Shown: positions 25,536 through 35,853, numbered from the stretch's first letter. The stretch: DNA of 64,000 nt from an uncultured Candidatus Saccharibacteria bacterium (GCA_964507855.1 CAZDQS010000001.1:102121-166120); one strand, 5' to 3'. The notes: generated by a model from the sequence alone, not told the origin. Translations and numbers: made by a program.

Positions 25536-27711
25536 GAAAATTAAGAGCTACAGACCAAATATTTCTGCCTCAATTGGTACTATAAGCAGAGCACAAACAA
25601 TAGCTTATATTGGTGTACACGCCGCTATTTTCTTTACGTACCTTTTAGTTAGTCTTCGGTATAGTGGGCCGGCGTATTTGAGTGATGAGATGGGATACCT
25701 CAGCAAAGCGGCGGCAATTGCGGGATATCCCTCTGATATGGCAAGTAGCTGGCATGCTGGCTATTCTTTTTTGATTGCCCCGATCTTCGCTCTATTCTCT
25801 GACCCTTTTCTCATCTGGAAGGCCATTATGGTTGCGAATACAGCAATGTGGACCGTTAGTTTCATGGCACTTTTCTACATCTTGCGTCGGTTATTTGCAC
25901 AGAAGCCCTTCGAGGCAATCTTGGGGGCGGTAGCGGTTTCAGCAATCTATCCTAGTTGGGTGGTCATGAGCGGGTATGCATTTTCGACATCGGCGTTTGT
26001 GGTGGTGTTTATGCTGGCGCTCGCTGCTTTACTAAAAAGCGAACTAAAGAAAACTCCATACCTCTTACTTCATTCGGTATTAATAGGCTACCTATATTGG
26101 ATACATCCGGTAGGTATAGCTGCTGTGGCTGCCTCGGTGGGAATTTTTGTCATCAAAATGATTAAAGAGCGAAATGTATGGGGCCAACTTCCATATGTGT
26201 GCATACCCGTACTCATGGTTGCTGCGTATAGCCTCACCGTGCACCCGGGGTTATCCGACCTGATGACACCTGACAATTATGAGGCAAGCGCTCACTATAG
26301 GGATCCGTCGAGCTTTACTCGCAGGGTTGGTGAAGTTGAGTTTTGGAGACGTTGGGCAACCATATTTTTTGGACAGGCTTCATACTTGCTAATTGCAACA
26401 TTCGGCGTCATTGCTGTTGGGGTATGGGAAGTGATCACGAGGATCAAGAGAGAGATAAGAAACAAAGACTTTATAAAATCCATCACCAATGATGAGAGAT
26501 CTATGATATTGCTCGTAATGATTTTGTCTCTTCTAGGTATATTGATTATTGGATCGCTTAGCTTCACTCAAGGAAAAAGGATAAGGCCTGACCACTGGAT
26601 ATACGGAAGGTATGCGGAGATGGTAATTCTGCCCCTCATTGGAATCGGCATACTAGCGTGGTGGCGATTTAAGCAATTCTTCACGGCAATAACTGTGGTG
26701 TTGATAACTGGTCTTGCTCTCCGCGTTTCTGTTAACGGAGCTAACACCAATCTTGCTGATAATAATCTGGTAAATGTACAGTCCTTGTGGCCGCAGGCAT
26801 TTATTCACGATGTTCGGTTTTTATTATGGTTCGTGATGGGTGTGGGTGGCATCTTGCTTGTTAAAGTCTTAGGGAAGCGGTTTGCTCTTCTTGCAATCGT
26901 GCCGATTTATATCATTGCGATTAACTGGCAGGGTAAATGGCACAGTGACATTCTGACCTACTATAGCAATCCCTCAGGATTAGTGTCGGCCATGAGGTCT
27001 CAGGGGGCAGAGGATGCTTGTATTGGCTTCGACCCTAAGATGCCGTCCGGACGTCATCTTAGAGAGAGAGTCAAAATGTATTCATTCTATTTGTATGAGT
27101 TTATGCCTCAGAGGATGTCAGCGGAAGAGTGGCTCCAGAGTAGTTGTGATTACTACCTGACCTATGATTCAGATGTATTTATCGATAATCAGAGCGCAAC
27201 AGTTGTTGGAAAAGAGGAGTCCAACGGTCTTTATCTAGTGGTCAAGGCCGCTGAACTAGCTGAACTTAAGGGGGTTGAAAGTAGAGCAAATGACTTTTAT
27301 ATCAATACCCTTTCAGAGGACAGTGAATTATGCCTCGTGAAGGGGTGCTTTGGCAGGGGTGCTCGGCAGCTGGAGCCATTCCTGGGTGTAGGGCGTTATG
27401 ATAATGGTGCGATCGTAACGCAAGGTGTTGCAGGTTTTCTCTTCTCCGGTCCTTATGTTGGTCTGGCGCAGGGTGATTACATACTTACTATTGAGGGCGA
27501 ACTACACAATCTTAAGGGCGTCTTTATTGATCTTAAGGGTGGTGTTGACGCCGAACCATTTTTTGTAAAGAAACTTACGGGAGAGGGCGAGAGCACCATA
27601 AAAGTGCCTTTTTCTCTTAAGGAAGACATAAGTAATATAGAAATTCGTTTAGCGGTGAGCGAAGAGAGCGATATCTCGTTCAAAGAATACTATATAGAGG
27701 TACAGCAGTAG
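25528..27711 (+). CDS. polytopic membrane protein, possible GT-C-fold glycosyltransferase with C-terminal soluble domain
   Basis: About 727 aa from ATG 25528 (track TTG 25516). It has more than 10 TM segments and an acidic motif in the first loop (YLSDEMGYLSKAA) that resembles the GT-C DE motif. The last roughly 230 aa are non-membrane. Confidence 0.4.
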   Translation: MLKKIKSYRPNISASIGTISRAQTIAYIGVHAAIFFTYLLVSLRYSGPAYLSDEMGYLSKAAAIAGYPSDMASSWHAGYSFLIAPIFALFSDPFLIWKAIMVANTAMWTVSFMALFYILRRLFAQKPFEAILGAVAVSAIYPSWVVMSGYAFSTSAFVVVFMLALAALLKSELKKTPYLLLHSVLIGYLYWIHPVGIAAVAASVGIFVIKMIKERNVWGQLPYVCIPVLMVAAYSLTVHPGLSDLMTPDNYEASAHYRDPSSFTRRVGEVEFWRRWATIFFGQASYLLIATFGVIAVGVWEVITRIKREIRNKDFIKSITNDERSMILLVMILSLLGILIIGSLSFTQGKRIRPDHWIYGRYAEMVILPLIGIGILAWWRFKQFFTAITVVLITGLALRVSVNGANTNLADNNLVNVQSLWPQAFIHDVRFLLWFVMGVGGILLVKVLGKRFALLAIVPIYIIAINWQGKWHSDILTYYSNPSGLVSAMRSQGAEDACIGFDPKMPSGRHLRERVKMYSFYLYEFMPQRMSAEEWLQSSCDYYLTYDSDVFIDNQSATVVGKEESNGLYLVVKAAELAELKGVESRANDFYINTLSEDSELCLVKGCFGRGARQLEPFLGVGRYDNGAIVTQGVAGFLFSGPYVGLAQGDYILTIEGELHNLKGVFIDLKGGVDAEPFFVKKLTGEGESTIKVPFSLKEDISNIEIRLAVSEESDISFKEYYIEVQQ

Positions 27712-27717
27712 AGTAAA

Positions 27718-28836
27718 TTAATCTGTGCGCCCTACTGTGTGACGAGTAAATGTAGCGATTTTTTCAGCCATAGCATCCCAGCTGTTTTCCTGGCAGAATT
27801 TTTTGATGGCGGGTTTCATGGATTGTAGCTGCTTGCGGTCAATATTCTTTATTGCTGCTGCAAGATCTGCGGGGGAGTCGGGAGGTACGAGCCACCCGGT
27901 CTTATCCTCAATAACTGCGTCCTGCAACCCACCAACGCGACTGGCAATGACTGGCTTTTGATAGTTGTAAGCAAGCGTAACCACGCCACTACCGGTAGCC
28001 GAGAGATAGGGAAGGACTACGACGTCAGCTCGGGCAAAGTAGTTTGCTGCTTCTTGCTCGCTGACGTACTTCAAATGCGCTTCGACATTCGGTATGGCAG
28101 CAAGGCGGCTGCGCAAAACTTGCTCATTGTCCCATGTCTCGCCGACGATAGTTAAGTGGACCTCCTTATCATCCAACTGCGCGAGCGCTTCCAGCAGTAC
28201 ATCAAGACCCTTGTACGGTCGGATAAAACCGAAAAACAATAACTCGAGACGCCCGCGTTGCGCCAGTGTTTTATTGGGAGCAGGAAAGTGAGTGTAAATG
28301 GGATGGGGGCGCATGAGAATTTTAGTCCCAGGCTTGAGCTGCTCAAGAGCCTTCGCCTCTTCGGATGAATGCACAATATAGCCGTCAGCTTGTTTTAGGA
28401 ACCATTCGCTGAGGCGTCGTTTCAGGCCGGAGGTGTCATGGTCTACCAGGTTGTGGCAGAGAAAAACTGTTTTAATGCCGCGCTTACGCAGGCGCCGCGC
28501 AATAAAAGCAAATCCCGGCTGCCAGAACAATGTCCACCAACTAATGATTGCAACCTCACAATCAGAATGGGAAATGTGGCGGACAGTGCGCCACAGACTC
28601 AATGGTGAGTAAGCGTCTAGAATATAGGTGACATTCTTTTCTCGATGCTTGGCTGCTCTCTCGTCAATATCACTTTTGCCCGGATATAGAAAACGAGGAT
28701 ATTGCCGCTTGAAAGAGATGGTATGGAGAGTGGTGTAGTTAGCAAGTACGTGGTGCAGCTGTGTGGTGTACTGTGAGATACCGCCACGATATGGGGCAAC
28801 GGGTCCGATGAGTGCTATTTTTGTCCTCTTAGTCAT
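27718..28836 (-). CDS. glycosyltransferase family 4
   Basis: 372 aa with KIALIGPVAPYRGGISQYT at the N-terminus and a GT4 C-domain (VVLPYLSATGSGVVTLAYNYQKPVIASRVGG). Confidence 0.75.
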   Translation of the reverse strand: MTKRTKIALIGPVAPYRGGISQYTTQLHHVLANYTTLHTISFKRQYPRFLYPGKSDIDERAAKHREKNVTYILDAYSPLSLWRTVRHISHSDCEVAIISWWTLFWQPGFAFIARRLRKRGIKTVFLCHNLVDHDTSGLKRRLSEWFLKQADGYIVHSSEEAKALEQLKPGTKILMRPHPIYTHFPAPNKTLAQRGRLELLFFGFIRPYKGLDVLLEALAQLDDKEVHLTIVGETWDNEQVLRSRLAAIPNVEAHLKYVSEQEAANYFARADVVVLPYLSATGSGVVTLAYNYQKPVIASRVGGLQDAVIEDKTGWLVPPDSPADLAAAIKNIDRKQLQSMKPAIKKFCQENSWDAMAEKIATFTRHTVGRTD

Positions 28837-29743
28837 GTCCTGATGTCTGTCTATATGCTAGGCTTCTGGCGGTCAATGACTCAAGAAGTTCCATGTCACT
28901 TGCATAGAATTCCAAGAGCTGCTCATACAGCAGGTCATCTTTATTAAGCTTAGTGTCATCTGCCTTGGTATTCCACAAATTGATGGAGTACTCAACTCGC
29001 TTCCGTATAGGCTGGGGTGTAAGATTTTTCCAAAAAAACTTTACCAGCGGGACCTTAAACAAGAAGCCGGGCGTTAGCATTTTATAGCGTGGTCTTGCGC
29101 CACCTTGACGGTACTTTTTATTGGTGTTTGCTGGGGTGTAGTTATGGTTGATTTCTAGGAATTTACAAAGCGTACGTATGGTCTTAACGGGATCATCCCG
29201 CAGTTCGTCGGTTGTAAGTACGAGAATATTTTTTGCGGGGAACAAACTATAGTAGGTCTTTAATATCCGACCATACTCACTGCCGAAAATATAGTTAAAT
29301 TGCGGCTTGACCTTTTGTCTATAAGCAGATGGGTTAGTCAGGGACTGTTTAACGATCTCTTCAAACTCTTTATGTTCATGTCCTCTCTGTACCATCATCT
29401 TATAGTGCGAAAATGCGCGTTCTGCAGGATTTCTTAAGAGGGCCACAAGCTTGACATTTGGTAGTTCTTTTTTTATTCTTTCGGCAACAATCTGGGGGTT
29501 AGTATCCCCTTCGCCGAGCATGTATTGAGGAGTCACAGTCCCCCACAGTTTCTTTTCGTCAGCATCTGGGAAGTAGGCCTTTAAGTAGCGCTCCATGCCT
29601 TTTTTATAGACTTTATTATCACTAAAGTATGGTACCTCTTTGGCGCTCGGAATGTATATCTCAGGGTGGGATTTTATAAGCTCGTAGAGTGTTGTGGTGG
29701 CGGATTTTGCGGCACCAATCACAAGAAAGTCCAACTGTTTCAT
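28829..29743 (-). CDS. PAPS-dependent sulfotransferase
   Basis: 304 aa with a 5'-PSB loop (DFLVIGAAKSATTTLYELI) and a 3'-PB motif (LLRNPAERAFSHY). It overlaps the downstream GT4 by 8 nt. Confidence 0.75.
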   Translation of the reverse strand: MKQLDFLVIGAAKSATTTLYELIKSHPEIYIPSAKEVPYFSDNKVYKKGMERYLKAYFPDADEKKLWGTVTPQYMLGEGDTNPQIVAERIKKELPNVKLVALLRNPAERAFSHYKMMVQRGHEHKEFEEIVKQSLTNPSAYRQKVKPQFNYIFGSEYGRILKTYYSLFPAKNILVLTTDELRDDPVKTIRTLCKFLEINHNYTPANTNKKYRQGGARPRYKMLTPGFLFKVPLVKFFWKNLTPQPIRKRVEYSINLWNTKADDTKLNKDDLLYEQLLEFYASDMELLESLTARSLAYRQTSGHD

Positions 29744-29779
29744 GGTAACAGTTTAACCCAAAGGCTACCTATGCCATAA

Positions 29780-30748
29780 TTGGTAGTTATGTATAAGAGA
29801 GTTCTGCCGAAGCTGCTGACGGTTGGGTTTTTAGCGGCTTTTGGCTGGTTTTGGTATAAAAATCCAACAATCTTTTCACCACTCAAAGATATTTCTATAA
29901 GCACGATTGTGCTTATAGGGGTCGCCAAATCTGCATTTCATGTGGGTAACGGATTGTTCACCAAGTGGACAGCGGAGCACTTCACCCCGAGCAAGCTTAC
30001 ACTAGGAGAGAGTTATTATGTAGGTGTGCTAACGGCATTAGGAAATTTTTTTGGTCCTATTTTAGGAGGGACTAGCATTCGGGCCGTCTATTTGAAGAAG
30101 GTTCATAAACTTTCCTATAGTAAGTTCACCTCAACGCTCATCGGCTATTACCTGGTGCTGTTCACAACTACCTGCATTATGGCGCTTGGGGCACTTTTCG
30201 TTCTGCCAACCACACAACAGACAAATCTTCTTATTTTATTCTTTGGCCTTTGGCTGGTCATGATGCTGGCATTCTCGGTAATACGTTTGCCGGCCAAAAA
30301 TAAGCTTACTTTTGTGGCCAGCAATAAGTACATTGCTAAAATTGTGAACATAATTTATGAAATAGAGGACGGATGGAAGTTAATCTTGAGGAACCGTCGG
30401 CTCGTCTTAAGGCTCCTGATGCTTGCCCTTGGCATTTTTGTAGCAACGGTTATTATTACTTTCTTGGAATTTGATGCGATAGGATCATCGATTTCACTAC
30501 CTGGTGCAATAATGTTTTCAGTGCTAACCACAGTCGCTCTACTTATTAGCTTTACGCCAGGAGCAATTGGTGTCCGTGAGTCGATACTTCTTGTGGTAGG
30601 CGCGACGATGGGAGTTACTAACCAGCAAATACTTCAGGTTGCGGTGATTGATCGCGCTATAACATTCGGTCTCTTACTCGTACTATTTGTGACGACGAGG
30701 AGCAAAAAGTTAAAAAGGCTTTTCACGTCACGTGATATTCAGATTTAA
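29780..30748 (+). CDS. flippase-like membrane protein (UPF0104 / lysyl-PG-synthase TM-region family)
   Basis: 322 aa from TTG 29780 (alternative ATG 29789) with about 8 TM segments. The motif SFTPGAIGVRESILLVVG is typical of this family. Confidence 0.5.
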   Translation: MVVMYKRVLPKLLTVGFLAAFGWFWYKNPTIFSPLKDISISTIVLIGVAKSAFHVGNGLFTKWTAEHFTPSKLTLGESYYVGVLTALGNFFGPILGGTSIRAVYLKKVHKLSYSKFTSTLIGYYLVLFTTTCIMALGALFVLPTTQQTNLLILFFGLWLVMMLAFSVIRLPAKNKLTFVASNKYIAKIVNIIYEIEDGWKLILRNRRLVLRLLMLALGIFVATVIITFLEFDAIGSSISLPGAIMFSVLTTVALLISFTPGAIGVRESILLVVGATMGVTNQQILQVAVIDRAITFGLLLVLFVTTRSKKLKRLFTSRDIQI

Positions 30749-30806
30749 TCACAACAACCCTACGAGCTTGAGCGTGGTACATTTGATATGGACATAAGGA
30801 GGCTGG

Positions 30807-32534
30807 ATGACAACACATCTGAATGAGGCGCATGGCGGTAAGTTGGTAAACCTACTTGCAGGCAAAGAGAAAGCAGGCAAGCTTAAGAAAAAGGCAGCAG
30901 GCTATAAGTCCTGGAATCTTACGCATAGGCAACTCTGTGATGTAGAGATGATTCTTAATGGAGGCTTCTCTCCGCTTGAAGGATTCTTAAACAAAGATGA
31001 CTATGAGTCAGTTTGCAAAGACATGCGGCTTAAGGATGGCACGCTATGGCCTATGCCAGTCACGCTGGATGTAGACGAAGCTTTTGCGAAAAGCTTGAAG
31101 AAAGGCGAGCGAGTTGCCTTACGTGATCAAGAAGGAGTGGTGCTGGCAATCCTGGAGGTTGGTGACGTATGGAAGCCGAATAAACATAAAGAGGCTGAGC
31201 TTGTTTTTGGGGCAGATGACAAGGCCCATCCAACTGTTGCATATCTTCATGAGAAAGCTGGTGATTACTATGTCGGCGGAAAGCTGATAGGGCTGGAACT
31301 ACCGACACATTATGATTATCGGGATTTACGTCGGACACCCAAAGAGCTTCGTGAGCATTTTGCAAAGCTAGGCTGGACCAAGGTGGTTGCTTTTCAGACG
31401 CGCAATCCTATGCACCGGGCTCATGTTGAGTTGACGCTGCGTGCCGCCAAACAAACAGAGGCTAATTTGCTTATTCATCCCGTCGTGGGAATGACTAAGC
31501 CGGGAGACATTGATCACCATACCCGAGTTCGTGTCTATAAGGCTGTGCTGGAGCGGTACCCTGAATCAACTGCTATGATTTCACTCTTGCCGCTTGCCAT
31601 GCGTATGGGCGGTCCCCGTGAGGTGCTGTGGCACATGATTATTCGCAAGAACTATGGGGTGACGCATTTTATTGTTGGGCGTGACCATGCGGGGCCCGGC
31701 AACAACTCAAATGGCGAAAATTTCTACGGGCCATATGATGCGCAAGAGATGGCGCAAAAACATGCGGCTGAAATTGGTGTTGAAGTTGTTCCGTTCCAGA
31801 TGATGGTTTATGTTCAGGATCAGAATAAATATATGCCTATCGATGATGTGCCTAAAGGCATAGAGCCGATGACTATCTCAGGTACGCAATTGAGGGGCAT
31901 GCTGAAAGAAGGAAGAGGCTTGCCAGAGTGGTTTACCTATCCCGAGGTGGCGGAGGAGCTCCAAAAAACCCACAAACCGCGTCATGAACAGGGCCTCACA
32001 ATATTCTTTACCGGGCTTTCTGGGGCTGGTAAATCAACCATAGCAAATGCGCTCATGATCAAGTTGCTTGAGCAGGGGCGGCGTACAGTAACCTTACTGG
32101 ATGGTGATGTGGTGCGTAGTCACCTATCTTCCGAGCTTGGCTTTAGCAAAGAGCATCGTGATTTGAACGTCAAGCGTATAGGCTATGTCGCCTCCGAAAT
32201 ATCTCGGCATGGAGGTATTGCAGTGTGTGCGCCTATTGCTCCTTACGACAGTATAAGAAAAGAAGTGCGGAACATGGTGCGCGCCAATGGTGGGGGATTT
32301 ATATTGGTACATGTTGCGACGCCGCTAGAAGAATGTGAGAAGCGTGACCGTAAAGGGCTTTATGCTGCCGCCCGGGCGGGCAAGATAAAGGAGTTTACGG
32401 GCATTTCCGATCCGTATGAGGAGCCAAGCGATGCTGATATCGTGCTTGATACAGTTACCTATACGGCGGATGAGCTGGCTAACCAGATGCTGCTGTTCTT
32501 AGAAAAAGAAGGATTTATTAAGGCGCAAGCCTAG
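30807..32534 (+). CDS. bifunctional sulfate adenylyltransferase / adenylylsulfate kinase (PAPS synthase)
   Basis: 575 aa. ATP sulfurylase motifs: FQTRNPMHRAHVELT and HFIVGRDHAGPG. APS kinase P-loop: IFFTGLSGAGKSTIANAL. SD GGAGG lies upstream. Confidence 0.9.
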   Translation: MTTHLNEAHGGKLVNLLAGKEKAGKLKKKAAGYKSWNLTHRQLCDVEMILNGGFSPLEGFLNKDDYESVCKDMRLKDGTLWPMPVTLDVDEAFAKSLKKGERVALRDQEGVVLAILEVGDVWKPNKHKEAELVFGADDKAHPTVAYLHEKAGDYYVGGKLIGLELPTHYDYRDLRRTPKELREHFAKLGWTKVVAFQTRNPMHRAHVELTLRAAKQTEANLLIHPVVGMTKPGDIDHHTRVRVYKAVLERYPESTAMISLLPLAMRMGGPREVLWHMIIRKNYGVTHFIVGRDHAGPGNNSNGENFYGPYDAQEMAQKHAAEIGVEVVPFQMMVYVQDQNKYMPIDDVPKGIEPMTISGTQLRGMLKEGRGLPEWFTYPEVAEELQKTHKPRHEQGLTIFFTGLSGAGKSTIANALMIKLLEQGRRTVTLLDGDVVRSHLSSELGFSKEHRDLNVKRIGYVASEISRHGGIAVCAPIAPYDSIRKEVRNMVRANGGGFILVHVATPLEECEKRDRKGLYAAARAGKIKEFTGISDPYEEPSDADIVLDTVTYTADELANQMLLFLEKEGFIKAQA

Positions 32535-32541
32535 TTAGTAA

Positions 32542-33357
32542 ATGAAAGAACTTGATGATAGCGAACTCTTGCAGGAATTACTTGAGCGCGTAATCGAGAT
32601 CGCACAAATTGCCGGGGCAGCTATTCTGGAAGTATATGAGACGTCTGATGCTGAAGTCTCAATCAAAGATGACAATTCGCCCTTAACGAAGGCAGACAAG
32701 ACCGCTCATTCAATTATTGAAAGGAAGCTTCAGGCAATTAGCGACTTTCCGGTTATTTCTGAAGAAGGACGCCATGATGCCAGAGAGGCAGCTGTCTTTT
32801 GGTTAATTGATCCGCTTGATGGTACCAAAGAGTTTCTGAAGAGAAATGGCGAATTCACGGTCAACATTGCGCTCATCAAAGATGAGGTGCCAGTGCTGGG
32901 CGTGGTTTACGCGCCTGCCAAAGAATTATTGTATGCTGGCATAGTTTCTCGAGGCGCCTATAAGATTGTGGCAGGCAAGCGTCAAGAGATTACCTCTGTG
33001 TTTACTGGTGCGACACCAAAGATTCTTGTCAGTAGGTCACACCGGGATGCGTTGACTGAAACGTTACTACAAAAGATCGGGGAATACGAGGAGGCAAGCA
33101 GCGGATCGTCACTAAAGCTTTGCCTGGTGGCCGAAGGACGCGCAGCCCTTTATCCCCGCCTGGCGCCAACTTACGAGTGGGATACTGCAGCCGGCGATTG
33201 TGTCGTCCGTGCTGCTGGAGGAAAGGTACAAGATTTATATGGTCAGCCGTTACGGTACCATCCCCATGCTCAGAAGAATCCCTTTTTTGTTGTGTCGACG
33301 GGGAATGATGAATGGTTTCAAGTCTTTCGTAACGAGCTAAAAGATTTTGCCTCGTAG
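32542..33357 (+). CDS. cysQ: 3'(2'),5'-bisphosphate nucleotidase
   Basis: 271 aa with inositol-monophosphatase-family motifs (ISEEG, WLIDPLDGTKEF, WDTAAGDCVV). It lies directly after the PAPS synthase gene. Confidence 0.85.
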   Translation: MKELDDSELLQELLERVIEIAQIAGAAILEVYETSDAEVSIKDDNSPLTKADKTAHSIIERKLQAISDFPVISEEGRHDAREAAVFWLIDPLDGTKEFLKRNGEFTVNIALIKDEVPVLGVVYAPAKELLYAGIVSRGAYKIVAGKRQEITSVFTGATPKILVSRSHRDALTETLLQKIGEYEEASSGSSLKLCLVAEGRAALYPRLAPTYEWDTAAGDCVVRAAGGKVQDLYGQPLRYHPHAQKNPFFVVSTGNDEWFQVFRNELKDFAS

Positions 33358-33358
33358 C

Positions 33359-34297
33359 TTATTTATACTGAAGTCTCTTTAGCCGCTCCAGGGCGTCTTC
33401 TGCCAATGTGCGATTGGTGCGGATGAGATCTGCAATGATGGCTAGTGTGAAGGCGATGATGGATGCGAAGAGTAAGACGGCTCCAAGGAGCAGGGACTGG
33501 ATGTGATCGCCACGATCACCCTGTATGTAGATGATAGCGTAACGTGCAAATGGTGCCAGGCCACCGACAAGCAATAGAGTACCAAGGCTAAAGAAGAGTA
33601 GGTGAGGGCGGTACATGATATAGCTGCGGATAATCGCTGCGCTGGATTTGTACATGTGCTGCCAAATATTTTTAAACAGACGTGATTCACGAGTTTTTGG
33701 GTTGGTTTCTATTTTTATGCTGGTAATTGGAATACGTTTGTTGCCAGCCTGGATAATTGTTTCCATGCAGTAGCTAAACTGCGTAATGATGTTAATCCGC
33801 AGGAGCGCTTCTTTGGAATAGGCACGAAAGCCGCTGGCTGCATCCGGAATATTCGTACGCGCTGCTTTGTTGACGACCCAGCTGCCGAAGCGCTGCATGA
33901 GCTTCTTGAAGCCCGAGAAGTGTGCAATGGTGGCGGTTTGTCGGTCGCCAACAACAATCTCAGCTTCGCCGTTTAATATCGGCTGCACGAGGTCACCGAT
34001 ACGCTCTTGGGGATACTGATTGTCGCCATCGGTGTTTACTACGATGTCGGCACCAATGCCTAGTGCGTAATTAATGCCATCATGGAATGAGCGTGCTAAG
34101 CCCATGTTCTTTGGGTGTCGGACAAAGTGTTTGACACCATAGTGCTTGGCGACCTCTATGGTCTTATCGGTCGAGCCGTCATCAATAATAAGGACGACAA
34201 TCTCATTAATGCCTTTAATTTTCTTAGGAATAGACTCTAACACTAAAGGGAGCGTTTTCTCCTCATTGAGGCAGGGGATTTGTACAACAAGCTTCAT
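33359..34297 (-). CDS. GT2 polyprenol-phosphate glycosyltransferase (GtrB/DPM1-like) with C-terminal TM helices
   Basis: 312 aa with VVQIPCLNEEKTL, LIIDDGSTDKT and NTDGDNQYP (DxD region), plus two C-terminal TM segments. Confidence 0.8.
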   Translation of the reverse strand: MKLVVQIPCLNEEKTLPLVLESIPKKIKGINEIVVLIIDDGSTDKTIEVAKHYGVKHFVRHPKNMGLARSFHDGINYALGIGADIVVNTDGDNQYPQERIGDLVQPILNGEAEIVVGDRQTATIAHFSGFKKLMQRFGSWVVNKAARTNIPDAASGFRAYSKEALLRINIITQFSYCMETIIQAGNKRIPITSIKIETNPKTRESRLFKNIWQHMYKSSAAIIRSYIMYRPHLLFFSLGTLLLVGGLAPFARYAIIYIQGDRGDHIQSLLLGAVLLFASIIAFTLAIIADLIRTNRTLAEDALERLKRLQYK

Positions 34298-34299
34298 TA

Positions 34300-35691
34300 T
34301 TAGTTTCCGTTCTTACTTCCGTTTCTTCCTACTCCAAGATATTGTAACCCACTCTTTTCTACCTCTGAAATATTAAACGAATTCATGCAATCAACGAAAA
34401 GCTTGCCGGACATGTTTTTGCGAACTGCCGTAAGATCAAGCTTGAGAAACTCATCCCATGCAGTGGCCACAAAGACAGCATCCGCATCCGTAAGCGCCTC
34501 TTGGGCCGTTTTACATAATTTGACCTCGCGGCGTAGCTCGGGGCCTGCTTCTTCTGAAGCTTTAGGGTCATAGGCACGCACCTGCGCCTTATTCTTGGCA
34601 AGGATGTTTGCCAGGAAAACTGCTGGCGATTTCCGGGCATCACTCGTATTTGCCTTAAATGCCAGACCGAGCACAGCGCATTTTTTATCTTTCAGTTCGC
34701 CCAAAACGTCTTTTGCCTTATTGACAATGTAGCCGGGCATGGTTTCGTTGACTTCGGTTGCGGCTCGTAAGATCTGCATATCGATCCCATGTTTGGTTGC
34801 GCTGTCGATCAGTCCGCTGACATCCTTAGGGAAACAGCCGCCGCCATACCCCCGGCCGGCATTGAGAAATGCTCTGCCGATGCGACGGTCGGCGCCAACA
34901 GCATCCATGACCTCGTTAACGTCCGCGTTGGTGCTGTCGGCAAGCTTGGCGATGGTATTGGCAAAGGAGATTTTAAGGGCCAAAAAGGCATTGGCGGTAA
35001 CTTTTATTAGCTCTGCGCTGTTTCGTGTGGTGATGAAGTACGTGCCTGCTGCTGCGGCAGCGGTTGGTTTAGAGGCACCGCTTAATTGTGAAAGATCGGC
35101 CTTGTGGTGCTCGATTGCTTTGTACAGTTCGCTTACCATCGTGGCGGCGCGACCATCCTCGCTGCCGCAGACGACACGGTCGAACCAAATGGTGTCGGCC
35201 AGGGCGCTGCCTTCACGCAAGAACTCGGGATTTGAAACATAGGTTATGGTTGTGCCATGCTGGCGGGCCAGGTCCTCGAGCTGCTGGCCGGTTCCGACCG
35301 GGACGGTGCTTTTTTGGATAAAGATTGCGTCTTCCCTGACAAGGGGGAGGCATGACTGAAAAGCTTCGAATACGTAGGTCAGGTTTGGACTGCCGTCTGG
35401 GTTGTCTGGTGTCCCGACGCAGGAGAATATAAATTTGCTTTCGGGTATGGCGGTAGCGTAGGAACGTGTCGGGAGTAGCATGGTGGAGTCAACAGCTTTG
35501 CGGACGAGGTTGTTGATGCCCGGTTCGTAAAACCAGGCCTTCCCGTTTTTGATAACATTCAGGCGCTGTTGATTCGGGTCTATGAGGTAGACCCTAAACC
35601 CGCTATTTGCAAACACAGCGGCGGTGGTTAGGCCGACATAGCCGGCACCTAGTACAGTAATGGTTTTATCAGGACTATGTGAAACTGTCAT
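34300..35691 (-). CDS. nucleotide-sugar 6-dehydrogenase (UDP-glucose/GDP-mannose dehydrogenase family)
   Basis: 463 aa with an N-terminal Rossmann fold (ITVLGAGYVGLTTAAVFANSG) and a catalytic-Cys context (GYGGGCFPKDV). Confidence 0.8.
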   Translation of the reverse strand: MTVSHSPDKTITVLGAGYVGLTTAAVFANSGFRVYLIDPNQQRLNVIKNGKAWFYEPGINNLVRKAVDSTMLLPTRSYATAIPESKFIFSCVGTPDNPDGSPNLTYVFEAFQSCLPLVREDAIFIQKSTVPVGTGQQLEDLARQHGTTITYVSNPEFLREGSALADTIWFDRVVCGSEDGRAATMVSELYKAIEHHKADLSQLSGASKPTAAAAAGTYFITTRNSAELIKVTANAFLALKISFANTIAKLADSTNADVNEVMDAVGADRRIGRAFLNAGRGYGGGCFPKDVSGLIDSATKHGIDMQILRAATEVNETMPGYIVNKAKDVLGELKDKKCAVLGLAFKANTSDARKSPAVFLANILAKNKAQVRAYDPKASEEAGPELRREVKLCKTAQEALTDADAVFVATAWDEFLKLDLTAVRKNMSGKLFVDCMNSFNISEVEKSGLQYLGVGRNGSKNGN

Positions 35692-35853
35692 GAGGAATTG
35701 TATCTATTGTACCGCATGTCAAATAAGAGGTGCAGCAGTAGCTAGTTAGGGCAGGAGTAGTGTATGATTATGTAAGGCATTAGCCCAATAGGCACGAACA
35801 GTATAGTCCGGGACAAGCGCGCCGGGGAAACGAAGTCGTTCGCATCTGAAATT

